IMG/VR virus record: IMGVR_UViG_3300045988_034500
DNA: 45,075 nt
Strand: one strand, 5' to 3'
Source of the DNA: a virus
The notes under the pieces: model-generated
Told to the model about the DNA's origin: nothing
Seen by the model: the letters and a program-made list of their open reading frames with translations, nothing else
The model's database searches: none
In this document: piece after piece, positions 1-8,030 of the stretch
Layout of the letters: each line of letters begins with the position of its first letter
Numbering within the stretch: the first letter of the stretch is position 1
Program-made: the position numbers and the translations under genes

Positions 1-85
1 CGAAGGGCATAACACTATTATGGATTTTTACCGACAGGTAAAAGTAAATGCTGATAGTATAACAATGACTGTTGTTGAAAAAAAG
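1..85. repeat. 85-bp sequence identical to 44991..45075, the window start/end overlap of a circular assembly
   Basis: Direct comparison shows bases 1-85 equal bases 44991-45075 exactly. The ORF beginning at 44809 runs in frame through this repeat into 2..211. Confidence 0.9.
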
Positions 86-211
86 TTGACAGTGGTATTA
101 AACTGGCACTCCCGTTACGGCTACCACACAATGACAGAAGTCTTCGATCCCTCAGATCAAGGGAAGACTTTTACTATTGTTTTTGATCCTGAACCAACTG
201 GTTATGTGTGA
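2..211 (+). CDS. C-terminal part of a hypothetical protein (5' part is 44809..45075; gene spans the circular junction)
   Basis: Open in frame from the window start to the TGA stop at 209-211. Same frame and same sequence as the ORF at 44809..45075. Confidence 0.6.
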   Translation, partial: EGHNTIMDFYRQVKVNADSITMTVVEKKLTVVLNWHSRYGYHTMTEVFDPSDQGKTFTIVFDPEPTGYV

Positions 212-239
212 CAAAAGCATCAAGTATAAAGAAATAATC

Positions 240-284
240 ATCCCATGTCTTTCGGTAACTATGACATGGGATACTATTTATTCT
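240..284 (+). terminator. intrinsic terminator (10-bp perfect stem ATCCCATGTC/GACATGGGAT followed by a T-rich run)
   Basis: Inverted repeat at 240-249 and 263-272 with a 13-nt loop, followed by ACTATTTATTCT. Confidence 0.5.
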
Positions 285-334
285 AAGTTACTAACAAACT
301 AACACTAGTCACATAGGCTAGAAAGGATTTAATT

Positions 335-898
335 ATGGCTGAATTTGCTTCTAAGGGTGTTGCGGGCTCAGGTCTTGGTCTTGGTATCGCAGGTACGGCT
401 CTTGGTCTCCTCAACAACGGAGGTAACGGTCTCCTTGGTGGTCTCCTTGGTGGAGGCAATCAGAACGTGGTGTCTGCTCTTCAGGCTGAGAACAGTATGC
501 TCAAGGCTGAGAACTACTCCGACAAGAATGCCAAGGAAGTCTACGCACAGTCTCTTGCAGACAACCGTAGACTCCGTGATGAAGCCTTTGCTTTCATTAA
601 GCCTCTTGCTGACGAATCTGCGAACAACAGAGTTGAACTCGCTAAACTTCAGGCTGAGCTTAAGTGTTGCTGTGAAAAGCAGGAACTCCGTGAGCAGATC
701 GTCCTTGGTAAGGTCAATGAGCTTGCTCTCACGACTCAGGCGAAGTTCGGTTGTATCGATCAGACCATTGCAGGTATGATGGGTACTCTTGGTAAGATCA
801 CGGCCACGATTGTTCCTATGAGTGCTATCTGCCCGACTCCGATGGCTAAGTACAACGCGTGGGTTGCTCCTACGAATACTCCTGCTACGGGCGCATAA
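335..898 (+). CDS. hypothetical protein with a Gly-rich hydrophobic N-terminus and a coiled-coil region (possible membrane or lysis-associated protein)
   Basis: ATG at 335 with an AAAGGA ribosome binding site (RBS) 8 nt upstream. N-terminal GSGLGLGIAGTALGLL...GGLLGGG segment followed by a heptad-like charged region containing a CCC cluster. Confidence 0.55.
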   Translation: MAEFASKGVAGSGLGLGIAGTALGLLNNGGNGLLGGLLGGGNQNVVSALQAENSMLKAENYSDKNAKEVYAQSLADNRRLRDEAFAFIKPLADESANNRVELAKLQAELKCCCEKQELREQIVLGKVNELALTTQAKFGCIDQTIAGMMGTLGKITATIVPMSAICPTPMAKYNAWVAPTNTPATGA

Positions 899-907
899 TA
901 ATTCCTT

Positions 908-1240
908 ATGAAAATCAGTTTGAGTAAAATCTCTCAGGTACTCCCTGAGTTCGTTGATACTCGACTGATGCCTAGTGCTCCCTCCACGATGAAATGGATT
1001 CTTGGAGGGAGTACGTTCTTGATTCTGCATCAGGCGGATACCCTCATCGGTAAGTATCTGCCTATGCTGAAGCAGGTGGGTATTGTCGATGAGAACAACA
1101 AGGTAGACATCGAAGTTGCTAAGGGATTCATTAACAGTGCATTCGATAAGAGTGGTGCTGTGGAATACCTTGGATTCAAGTTCGATAAATCCGATGGTGA
1201 AGCACTAATTAATATTATGGAGAAATACAAAGATGATTGA
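908..1240 (+). CDS. hypothetical protein
   Basis: 110-aa ORF, same strand, tightly packed with neighbours. Confidence 0.45.
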   Translation: MKISLSKISQVLPEFVDTRLMPSAPSTMKWILGGSTFLILHQADTLIGKYLPMLKQVGIVDENNKVDIEVAKGFINSAFDKSGAVEYLGFKFDKSDGEALINIMEKYKDD

Positions 1241-1403
1241 CGCTAAATGGGAAGATAATGTTTTTATGATGGCTAAGCATAAACTTCTCGAAGTTATTGA
1301 AAAACTTAATAAAGAAGAATATATTAGCGCAGAGGATGTTATTGAATACAAGAATGCAATTAAAGCACTGTATTATCTCCTGAGTATTGAAAAGAGTAAG
1401 TAA
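1233..1403 (+). CDS. small hypothetical protein (56 aa), translationally coupled to the upstream gene (ATGATTGA overlap)
   Basis: ATG at 1233 overlaps the stop of 908..1240. Not in the ORF track because it is under 60 aa. Confidence 0.35.
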   Translation: MIDAKWEDNVFMMAKHKLLEVIEKLNKEEYISAEDVIEYKNAIKALYYLLSIEKSK

Positions 1404-1410
1404 CTCTAGT

Positions 1411-1483
1411 GTTTCAGTAGTCCTAGAAGGACTGTACTGCAGTATTTTCCAAGATCAGTTCCCGTACAGTAACTATCATAGGG
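1411..1483 (+). other. nested hairpin element (outer stem TTCAGTAG/CTACTGAA enclosing two inner hairpins), possibly an RNase III site or regulatory RNA structure
   Basis: Inverted repeats read directly: 1413-1420 pairs with 1474-1481; inner stems AGTCCT/AGGACT and CTGTAC/GTACAG. Confidence 0.4.
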
Positions 1484-1511
1484 CTACTGAATCTATTAAG
1501 ATATTAAACAA

Positions 1512-1916
1512 ATGAATATTCAAGTCTATTGGGATGGTAATTCTGGAGTTATTGAACACAATAGCGATAGACTTAATCTGACTTCTAAGCCTAATATTAG
1601 TTCCGTTAATTTTGATGTTCTTAATTTCAGTGAGGACGACAATATTGGAATTAAGGTTTATCAGAATAAGACGATGGAATTAACCCCTGAAGAAATTACT
1701 ACGATTAAAGCGTTTGCTAAAACTAATGCCAAGCCTGTGAATACTCTTGATTCTGCAATTGGACAGCACAACGTTGCCCCTGATGCGCATCACGATATCC
1801 GTGTGAAGATCGAAGAGCTGTCTGCTGCAATTGCTCAGTTGAGTGCTTTGTATAGTCAGGCTATGGCTATGTCCGTAATGGAGGAGCCTAATGAGTGCGA
1901 AGACCAGTACGCTTGA
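1512..1916 (+). CDS. hypothetical protein
   Basis: 134-aa ORF. Overlaps the next gene by 26 nt. Confidence 0.45.
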   Translation: MNIQVYWDGNSGVIEHNSDRLNLTSKPNISSVNFDVLNFSEDDNIGIKVYQNKTMELTPEEITTIKAFAKTNAKPVNTLDSAIGQHNVAPDAHHDIRVKIEELSAAIAQLSALYSQAMAMSVMEEPNECEDQYA

Positions 1917-2178
1917 GAAACTTCATGAGATGCTTGCTGAGCTGTTTATCGAGGATATCAAGCTCTGTAGAGACGAGGGTATTCCTATGGCTGCTTCCGA
2001 CAAGGGTGTGATTGTTTCGTTCCTGAAGAACAATAACATCACTGCCGATCCTGATCTCGAAGATATGCAGAGACTCGATGAAGAGTTCAAGCGGCAGGCA
2101 GAGATTGAGAGAGCCGCTAGAGCCAAGAGTATGCTTGAACAGAAGGGAGATGATCGCTTTGACGATCTGCTGAATTGA
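1891..2178 (+). CDS. putative small terminase subunit (from position and size only)
   Basis: 95-aa ORF with a GGAGG RBS. Its stop overlaps the terL start (TGATG). T7 gp18 occupies the same position immediately upstream of the large terminase. Confidence 0.35.
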   Translation: MSAKTSTLEKLHEMLAELFIEDIKLCRDEGIPMAASDKGVIVSFLKNNNITADPDLEDMQRLDEEFKRQAEIERAARAKSMLEQKGDDRFDDLLN

Positions 2179-2432
2179 TGGAAGAGCTGACCCTACAACG
2201 AATCAAGCTACTGAAAGAACGTGTTAATCGTTATAGTAATGATCCTACGAAGATTCCGCAAGATGAGAGACGAGAACTCTCGCTGATGTTCGCTGTAGCT
2301 TTCAAGGACTTTAAGGACTTCTGTGAGATTGGTATGCGATTCCTTGGCTTCGGTATTACCGAGATGCAGTTGAGCATCGCAGAGTACGTCCAGAATGGCC
2401 CTAAGAAGAGAATGGTCCAAGCACAGAGAGGT
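2178..2432 (+). CDS. terL: large terminase subunit, exon 1 (N-terminal ATPase region up to the Walker A motif)
   Basis: The protein ends ...NGPKKRMVQAQRG, which aligns to T7 gp19 ...NGDNKKFILQAFRG immediately before the GIGKS Walker A motif. The open frame stops at TAG 2433-2435. Confidence 0.7.
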
Positions 2433-2662
2433 TAGTCTAAGGCTGAGCCTCGTAATCTCGTGAATACGGGGGAACTCTCGTAAGAGACAATCCCGTGCCA
2501 AGACTCGAAAGAGTAAGGTGTAACGACTATCCTATATGGAGTAGGGGCAAGTGTCCCGAAGCGCGAGACTCCGCATGTCGGAGAAGATATAGTCTGATCT
2601 TGTAGGCGACTACAAGCTGTCGAAAGACGGGGGAGGATTAACGACCCTCCCTGAACACAATG
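2433..2662 (+). mobile_element. group I intron (ORF-less, about 230 nt) interrupting terL at the Walker A motif
   Basis: Exon 1 ends in U (2432), which can form the U:G pair with G2448, and GAGG pairs with CCUC at 2449-2452 (P1). The intron ends in G2662. A gap-free alignment to T7 gp19 ([15 protein letters not shown] versus RG+EAKTTITALYAVW) places the 3' splice site here. The core region 2490-2545 is about 75 percent identical to the nrdD intron at 20143-20198. Confidence 0.65.
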
Positions 2663-4267
2663 GAAGCTAAGACGACCATTACAGCGCTGTACGCTGTGTG
2701 GAGATTGATCCAAGATCCTACTTGTCGTATCTTGATCGTCTCTGCAGGTGAAGATCAGTCCAATGACATCGCAGTGCTTATCATTCGATTGATCGAGCAG
2801 TGGTCTCTGATGTGTTGGCTTAGAGCAGATACCTCTAGAGGTGATAGATCCTCGTATGAGCATTATGACGTGAACAGGGATCTCAGACGAGTTGAGAAGT
2901 CTGCCAGTGTGTCGAGTGTTGGTATTAAAGCTAACCTCCCCGGTCGAAGAGCTGACCTCATCATTGCTGACGACGTTGAGTCGATTACGAACTCCACTAC
3001 GCAGGTTATGCGTGATGACCTTCTGAATAGAACGAAGGAGTTCACTGCTATCTGTACGCATGGACATATCCTGTACCTCGGTACCCCTCAGACTAGAGAG
3101 AGCGTGTACAAAACTCTGCTCAGTCGAGGCTTTGATATCCGTATCTGGCCAGGTAGATATCCTGAACCTGATAGGTTGGACAGGTACCTTCCAGGCACGC
3201 TAGCTCCAGAGATCGAAGAGGCTATCAGGAAGGACCCCTCGCTTCAGAGTGGTGGTGGTCTAGACGGTACCAGAGGGAAGCCTACTGATACGGGTAGATA
3301 CACGGAAGAGGATCTTCAGGATAAAGAGCTTGACTACGGTCCTGAAGGCTTTGACCTGCAGTACATGCTCGATACTACGCTCTCTGATGAAGCTAGAACG
3401 AAGATCAAGCTCAGTGATCTTATGATCGCCAATACTGGGTACATAGAAGCCCCTGAGACGTTCATGTACAGCGCAGAGCCTAGACTCCTCGTCAAGGATC
3501 CTGAGATTGCTACACCTCCGATGCACGGCAATCGAATGTACTACACGGCAAGAGCATCGGAGAACTTTATCAAGTACGATCATAAGGTTATGGTCGTAGA
3601 CCCTGCAGGTAATGGCGGTGATGAACTGGCTTACTGCTGTGGAGGTGCATGTAACTCTTACGTGCATATCTTTAGCGTAGGCGGGTTCATTGGCGGCACT
3701 ACCGAAAAGAACATCAACGATATTATTGATCTGTGCTTGGAGTTCGACATTAAAGCGATTAAAGTCGAATCCAACATGGGACATGGTACTGTTGAATCAC
3801 TGTTCATCGCTGAACTTCAGAAGCGAAAGATTAACGATATTGGTGTTGAAGGGTTCTATAACACAATCCAGAAGGAGAAGCGTATCATTGATACCGTGTC
3901 TCCTGTAACTCGTAGACACAAGATGGTGTTCCATGAGAGAGCCATCAGAGACGATTGGAAGTGTTGTATCAGGTACACCCCTGAGAAGAGAACCATCGTG
4001 AGTTGTCTGTACCAGATGGCTAACATCACGTATGATAGACAGTCCTTGGCTAAGGATGACCGTGTGGATGCTCTGGCAGGCGTTGTACAACACCTCAGTG
4101 ATTGTATCGCAAAGGATGACGATAAAGCGAATGAACTTAGAGAACAAGAACAAGCAATGGAGTTCTACAGAAATCCTATGGGATACAAGAACTACGGAGG
4201 TAAGAAATACAACGAATGGAACAACTTGCACAAGTACAGCAGGGTAACTCGGAAGCATCGTTGGTAG
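2663..4267 (+). CDS. terL: large terminase subunit, exon 2 (rest of ATPase domain plus nuclease domain)
   Basis: EAKTTITALYAVWRLIQDPTCRILIVSAGED... and LIIADDVE (Walker B) align with T7 gp19 [29 protein letters not shown]... and IIIADDVE. YLGTPQT is conserved. Confidence 0.85.
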   Translation, partial: EAKTTITALYAVWRLIQDPTCRILIVSAGEDQSNDIAVLIIRLIEQWSLMCWLRADTSRGDRSSYEHYDVNRDLRRVEKSASVSSVGIKANLPGRRADLIIADDVESITNSTTQVMRDDLLNRTKEFTAICTHGHILYLGTPQTRESVYKTLLSRGFDIRIWPGRYPEPDRLDRYLPGTLAPEIEEAIRKDPSLQSGGGLDGTRGKPTDTGRYTEEDLQDKELDYGPEGFDLQYMLDTTLSDEARTKIKLSDLMIANTGYIEAPETFMYSAEPRLLVKDPEIATPPMHGNRMYYTARASENFIKYDHKVMVVDPAGNGGDELAYCCGGACNSYVHIFSVGGFIGGTTEKNINDIIDLCLEFDIKAIKVESNMGHGTVESLFIAELQKRKINDIGVEGFYNTIQKEKRIIDTVSPVTRRHKMVFHERAIRDDWKCCIRYTPEKRTIVSCLYQMANITYDRQSLAKDDRVDALAGVVQHLSDCIAKDDDKANELREQEQAMEFYRNPMGYKNYGGKKYNEWNNLHKYSRVTRKHRW

Positions 4268-4512
4268 TGAAGGTCGCTATCCTTGAGGAGCGACTTAAGC
4301 AGACCAATCAGGATGTACATGAATTGAACGAGAAAGTTCATGTCTCAGTTACTGAGATCAAAGCAATGATCGAGAAGATCCAGAACAGACCGAACTCTGT
4401 ACAGGAGTTTATCTCTGAGAACTGGAAGAGTATCCTTCTCGTGATCCTAGCAATCATGGGGGCTAATGCTACGGTTGTAGAGAGCATTAGCCGAGTGATG
4501 CTCGGTGGATAA
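4216..4512 (+). CDS. holin-like small membrane protein (N-terminal coiled coil, single C-terminal TM helix)
   Basis: 98-aa ORF overlapping the terL 3' end. Hydrophobic segment WKSILLVILAIMGANATVV. Sits immediately upstream of the spanin pair. A shorter in-frame start is possible. Confidence 0.4.
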   Translation: MEQLAQVQQGNSEASLVVKVAILEERLKQTNQDVHELNEKVHVSVTEIKAMIEKIQNRPNSVQEFISENWKSILLVILAIMGANATVVESISRVMLGG

Positions 4513-4564
4513 ACCACCGATAGGGAGTGCATAGCACTCCTGTGCTCGGTGGATAATCAGGATA

Positions 4565-4604
4565 CCCCGTAGAACGCGAATACAGCCCTTCTACGGGGCT
4601 TTTA
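4565..4604 (+). terminator. intrinsic terminator (CCCCGTAGAA/TTCTACGGGG 10-bp stem followed by CTTTT)
   Basis: Perfect inverted repeat at 4565-4574 and 4589-4598 followed by a T-run. Preceded by two further hairpins at 4503-4521 and 4524-4542. Confidence 0.55.
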
Positions 4605-4615
4605 GAGGTTGGGTA

Positions 4616-5026
4616 ATGAAGTCTATCATCCAAAGGGTGTCGATCGCTCTAGCGGCCTGTATGGCTGTTTTAGCGGGGTATTGGTATATCCAGACCCTGA
4701 ACACTAAGATCGAGAACCTAGAAAGTAGCCTCCAGAACGCTATAGAGGCGCTTGCAGACGTTCAAGGGGCGGTGAGCGCACAGAACACTGCACTGAAGAA
4801 CTGGAGAGCCTCTCAGGAGGCTCTAGAGGCCTCTCAGAAGGAAACTAGAAACAGGATTGAGTATGTTCTCAAAACTACGAAGGGTAATGCTAGGGTTGTC
4901 GATAGCGCTGTTATTGACGAGCTGTGTAACGGTGCAGGAAGGAAGTACTGCGCAGAGAGTGCATACGCCAGTAAGAACAGTGGTACCAACAACGCTAACA
5001 ATGCAGTGCAAAGAACCAAGTCTTAA
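4616..5026 (+). CDS. i-spanin (Rz-like: N-terminal TM anchor plus periplasmic coiled coil)
   Basis: GAGG RBS. N-terminal IALAACMAVLAGYWYI TM segment followed by a long helical region. A lipoprotein gene overlaps its 3' end in another frame. Confidence 0.6.
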   Translation: MKSIIQRVSIALAACMAVLAGYWYIQTLNTKIENLESSLQNAIEALADVQGAVSAQNTALKNWRASQEALEASQKETRNRIEYVLKTTKGNARVVDSAVIDELCNGAGRKYCAESAYASKNSGTNNANNAVQRTKS

Positions 5027-5201
5027 AGGTAGTACGATAAGCGATCTAGTAAGGCACATCGTAGAACTACGAGAGAGCGTAGATGAATGTAATAATCGTA
5101 TGTCTACGATAGATAAGAGCCTAGATGAGTACGATAGAAGGTATAACAGAGATACTGAGATTAGCGGGGATGTGAATAGCGGGTATGTGAGTACTAAGTA
5201 A
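4863..5201 (+). CDS. o-spanin (Rz1-like outer-membrane lipoprotein), overlapping the i-spanin gene in the +1 frame
   Basis: Signal peptide MFSKLRRVMLGLSIALLLTSC with an LTSC lipobox. An alternative TTG start lies at 4857. Confidence 0.6.
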   Translation: MFSKLRRVMLGLSIALLLTSCVTVQEGSTAQRVHTPVRTVVPTTLTMQCKEPSLKGSTISDLVRHIVELRESVDECNNRMSTIDKSLDEYDRRYNRDTEISGDVNSGYVSTK

Positions 5202-5307
5202 CACCTAAATTTGGTATACTAACGCGAGAGGGTATCTCCCATTACACCAAGCGATTATCCCCCATATACCCCTAGTGCACTATTACCATCATCATGTTGA
5301 ACATCAT

Positions 5308-5666
5308 GTAGTTCACCTAGAGTATACCCTAGTACATCATCAGTACACTTAGTTGTAGTAGTAGTACACCTAGAGTACTACTGTGTGGTATATACTAGGT
5401 ATGCCTAGAGAGTAGAGTGTACTTGTGGGGATATATCTCTTTATCCCTATGTATATCTCTTTTGTCTACATAGGTATCTGTAGTACACCATTAGTATACT
5501 GCTAGAGATCTATCTCTTGTATTCATTAGTATATCTATGTATCTATCTATATTACGTCCAGCAGTATACTGTTATATATCTATAGTAGTTCACCTATAGT
5601 GTATATTAGTACATCCATCATTGTACTCTTAATAGTACATACTGTAGTACACCTATGTATACTACT
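5308..5666. repeat. array of five approximately 20-bp direct repeats GTAGTwCACCTAkAGTrTAc in an AT-rich non-coding region
   Basis: Copies at 5308-5327, 5361-5381, 5480-5500, 5585-5606 and 5644-5666, with interspersed hairpins carrying TATCTCTTT loops (5427-5449 and 5446-5489). Confidence 0.7.
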
Positions 5667-6316
5667 AAGTATACTATACATTGTTCTACTGTAGTTCTAT
5701 ATCTATCTATATATAAAGATATCCTGCTTGCGATGTATAGCCTCAGCGTTGTATCTCATGATTACATCTCATCATTACATCGCATGATTCTATGGCATAT
5801 CCTATGAGGTATCGTCCAGTGGTATCTTGTTTTGTCCATCATTATCCTCCGCCATGGGTTTCTCTTTATGGGCGTTCCCCTCCTTTCAGTCGGGTCGGGC
5901 TATCCGCTTCGGCTTCCTCGTCTATCACTAAGTTCGACTAATCGTCTCTGTGTCTCTTAGGAGCCACAGATACGATAAGTCTCACTAAGCTCTCTCCTCG
6001 GCGATCCTCCGCTACTATCCCTAACGCAGTACCCGCACTCGCAGGCTACCTATGAACATCCTATGCGCCTCTCTTACGCTCTCTATAGGTACTTGCCGCT
6101 CCGCCACGCTTCGTATCCCTCTAGACTATGACAGGCTGCTCGATAATCGCACCGTCCTCGCTACGCGAGGGGTGGTTGCTACGCACCCTCCCCTCGCTAC
6201 GAGTCCGATTTTAGCGATTATCTCCCATCCTGTCAAGTCTATACATCGTTTGTGGTCGCTCCGCTGTGGACGCTCAGGATGGTAGGATTTTGCCTACCTA
6301 GGGGAAATCCCTACAG

Positions 6317-6347
6317 TTTACACAGGCAGCCGAATCTGTGCTATACT
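6317..6347 (+). promoter_or_regulatory. candidate sigma70-type early promoter (TTTACA, 19-nt spacer, TATACT)
   Basis: -35-like box at 6317-6322 and -10-like box at 6342-6347, about 25 nt upstream of the GGAGG RBS of the first early gene. Confidence 0.3.
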
Positions 6348-6372
6348 TTATCCATCTTTTGGAGGAATCATC

Positions 6373-6462
6373 ATGATTGAGATGATCGCCAGAGGCGTAT
6401 GCCTCGCCCTCGCCGCCCTGTTCGTCTGGGCATGTTGTTACTTTGTTTACGCCATTGCTTAA
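6373..6462 (+). CDS. small hydrophobic peptide (29 aa, MIEMIARGVCLALAALFVWACCYFVYAIA) coupled to the downstream polymerase-like gene
   Basis: GGAGG RBS 7 nt upstream. Its stop lies inside the RBS of the next gene. Not in the ORF track because of its size. Confidence 0.35.
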   Translation: MIEMIARGVCLALAALFVWACCYFVYAIA

Positions 6463-6473
6463 GGAGTATCATT

Positions 6474-8030
6474 ATGGCTACGTCTAAGATTATCGCTCAC
6501 GTCAGTGCCCGTATGGAAGAGCTTAAGGCTCGCACCCTTGCCAGTCTCCAGAAGGCAGGTCGCCCTCGGGTAGTAGCCCAGACGATATTCATCGCCGCCG
6601 CCCGTGCCTGTGGTCTGCAGGCTACCCGTAACATCGTTGGCGACCTTACGGCAGTAAAGCCGCTCGTCCGTGCCATGGTTGCTGACGGCTCCCTTGTCTT
6701 CCATCACGTGGAGGGCGGGACTAGCTATTACACGATCCCGTCGGTTGACGGCATGACGGGTAACACTGCCCATACTCCGGGTAACGCCTCCTTTGAAGTC
6801 GATCCCCGTCACATCGGGGAGGACTGTCTGCACTTGCAGGCAGGGAAACTGATCGCCTCCCGCGTCTGGCGTGTCAACGTCCGCAGGCTTGAAGAAGCGC
6901 GAGACCGTAATGCTAACGGTTACGTGTTCAATGATTTCAAGTGGGAAAAAGCCCCGGCTGAGGACGATGCCGCATTTATCGCACAAAGGCAGCAGATTGC
7001 CGCTATTTCTGCTATCGTTGATAGCATCGGTGTCAACGTAGCGTTTGATGCTTTCTGTGATGACCGCGGACGTTTCTATGTCCGTGGGGGCTATACTAGC
7101 CCGTATATGGGCAAGTTGGGTCGTTGGCTCTACACCGCTGACGACGAGGTGACATTAGACCATAGGACGTCATTCGCCCAGAACTTCGCCCTGCTGACTG
7201 GCGATGCTATGGGGCAACACTGCGGTGTTGGTACCGCAGAGGATTGCGATTTCTGGCGTGGTCTCCTTGCCCCGTATGGCGTTAACATCGCCCCGCACAG
7301 CCTGCATAGGGATGCGTGCAAAAGCTACGGGATGCCCCTTTTTTATGGGGCAGGTCAGAGCCTTGCCGCTGAACGTCGTAATGCACTGCTAAAGCAGGCA
7401 GTATCGGCAGGGGAGATCGCCCAGACACAAGCCGACGCCATCGCCGAAGCCCTCGACAAAGTGGGCGAGAAGCTCAAAGGATTTCAGGAGCTGACGCGCT
7501 CCTTCGCGCAGTCCTTCGTGGACTGGGGCGAGGATCCCTCGTGGATTACGCCCAGTGGCTTCAAAGCCTGCAAGAAGTACCGCACGCATAAAACGCTTGT
7601 GTGGAACTCGGGCGAAAACGATTCCACTTGGGCATACCCCAAATCTATGACCCTTAAGGTCAAAACAGGTACAATCTGCACTCAGCCAAAGGACGAGTCC
7701 GACAAGTCCGTTCTTGTGGCAACGACTGCGAACATCCTGCAGTCGTTGGACGCCGCCCTGATGGCTAAGGTTATTGTGTCCTTTAAGCAGGAAACGGGGG
7801 TTACCCTGTTTCCCCTGCATGACTCCTACACCGTGCCAAAGGAGCTTGCCCCCGCACTTACAGCCTGCGTTATTCAGGCAATGCGAGAGCTTGCCGACTC
7901 CGACGAGATGAAGGCGCTCCGCCGTGAACTTAACCTCCCGCCTGTGAAGGTGATCACGGGGAAGGCTCGACCCTCCGACCAGATGCGAAACCTCGACCTT
8001 CGAGCGATGAACCCGCTCGACGAGGAATAA
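6474..8030 (+). CDS. truncated single-subunit RNAP homologue (518 aa; thumb, palm and fingers only; lacks the N-terminal promoter-binding domain)
   Basis: AAGGAG RBS. T7 RNAP motifs are intact: VAFDAFCDD (motif A; T7 LAFDGSCSG), HRDACKSYGMPLFYGAG (motif B RxxxKxxxxxxxYG; T7 RSVTKRSVMTLAYGS), PSWITPSGF (T7 HWVTPDGF), NILQSLDAALM (T7 NFVHSQDGSHL), LHDSY (motif C; T7 IHDSF). Clearly higher GC than the rest of the phage. An intrinsic terminator follows. Confidence 0.7.
   Translation: MATSKIIAHVSARMEELKARTLASLQKAGRPRVVAQTIFIAAARACGLQATRNIVGDLTAVKPLVRAMVADGSLVFHHVEGGTSYYTIPSVDGMTGNTAHTPGNASFEVDPRHIGEDCLHLQAGKLIASRVWRVNVRRLEEARDRNANGYVFNDFKWEKAPAEDDAAFIAQRQQIAAISAIVDSIGVNVAFDAFCDDRGRFYVRGGYTSPYMGKLGRWLYTADDEVTLDHRTSFAQNFALLTGDAMGQHCGVGTAEDCDFWRGLLAPYGVNIAPHSLHRDACKSYGMPLFYGAGQSLAAERRNALLKQAVSAGEIAQTQADAIAEALDKVGEKLKGFQELTRSFAQSFVDWGEDPSWITPSGFKACKKYRTHKTLVWNSGENDSTWAYPKSMTLKVKTGTICTQPKDESDKSVLVATTANILQSLDAALMAKVIVSFKQETGVTLFPLHDSYTVPKELAPALTACVIQAMRELADSDEMKALRRELNLPPVKVITGKARPSDQMRNLDLRAMNPLDEE

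Noticed and set aside
1-85. Interpreting the 85-bp end identity as the true direct terminal repeat
   Set aside because: The repeat lies inside a coding sequence that reads through it, which points to a circular-assembly overlap. The real termini are more likely in the 5.2-6.4 kb non-coding region.
345-779. Embedded +3-frame ORF inside 335..898 as a possible Rz1-type o-spanin
   Set aside because: It has no signal peptide or lipobox Cys and is Leu/Arg/Ser-rich, as expected from an alternative frame. The real spanin pair is at 4616 and 4863.
2175-2435. Treating track ORF 2175..2435 as an independent small gene upstream of terL
   Set aside because: Its product aligns to the terminase N-terminus right up to the Walker A motif. 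It is terL exon 1, not a separate protein.
6052-6285. 77-aa ORF in the non-coding GC-rich leader
   Set aside because: It has no RBS and lies in a hairpin-rich region. It is likely spurious.
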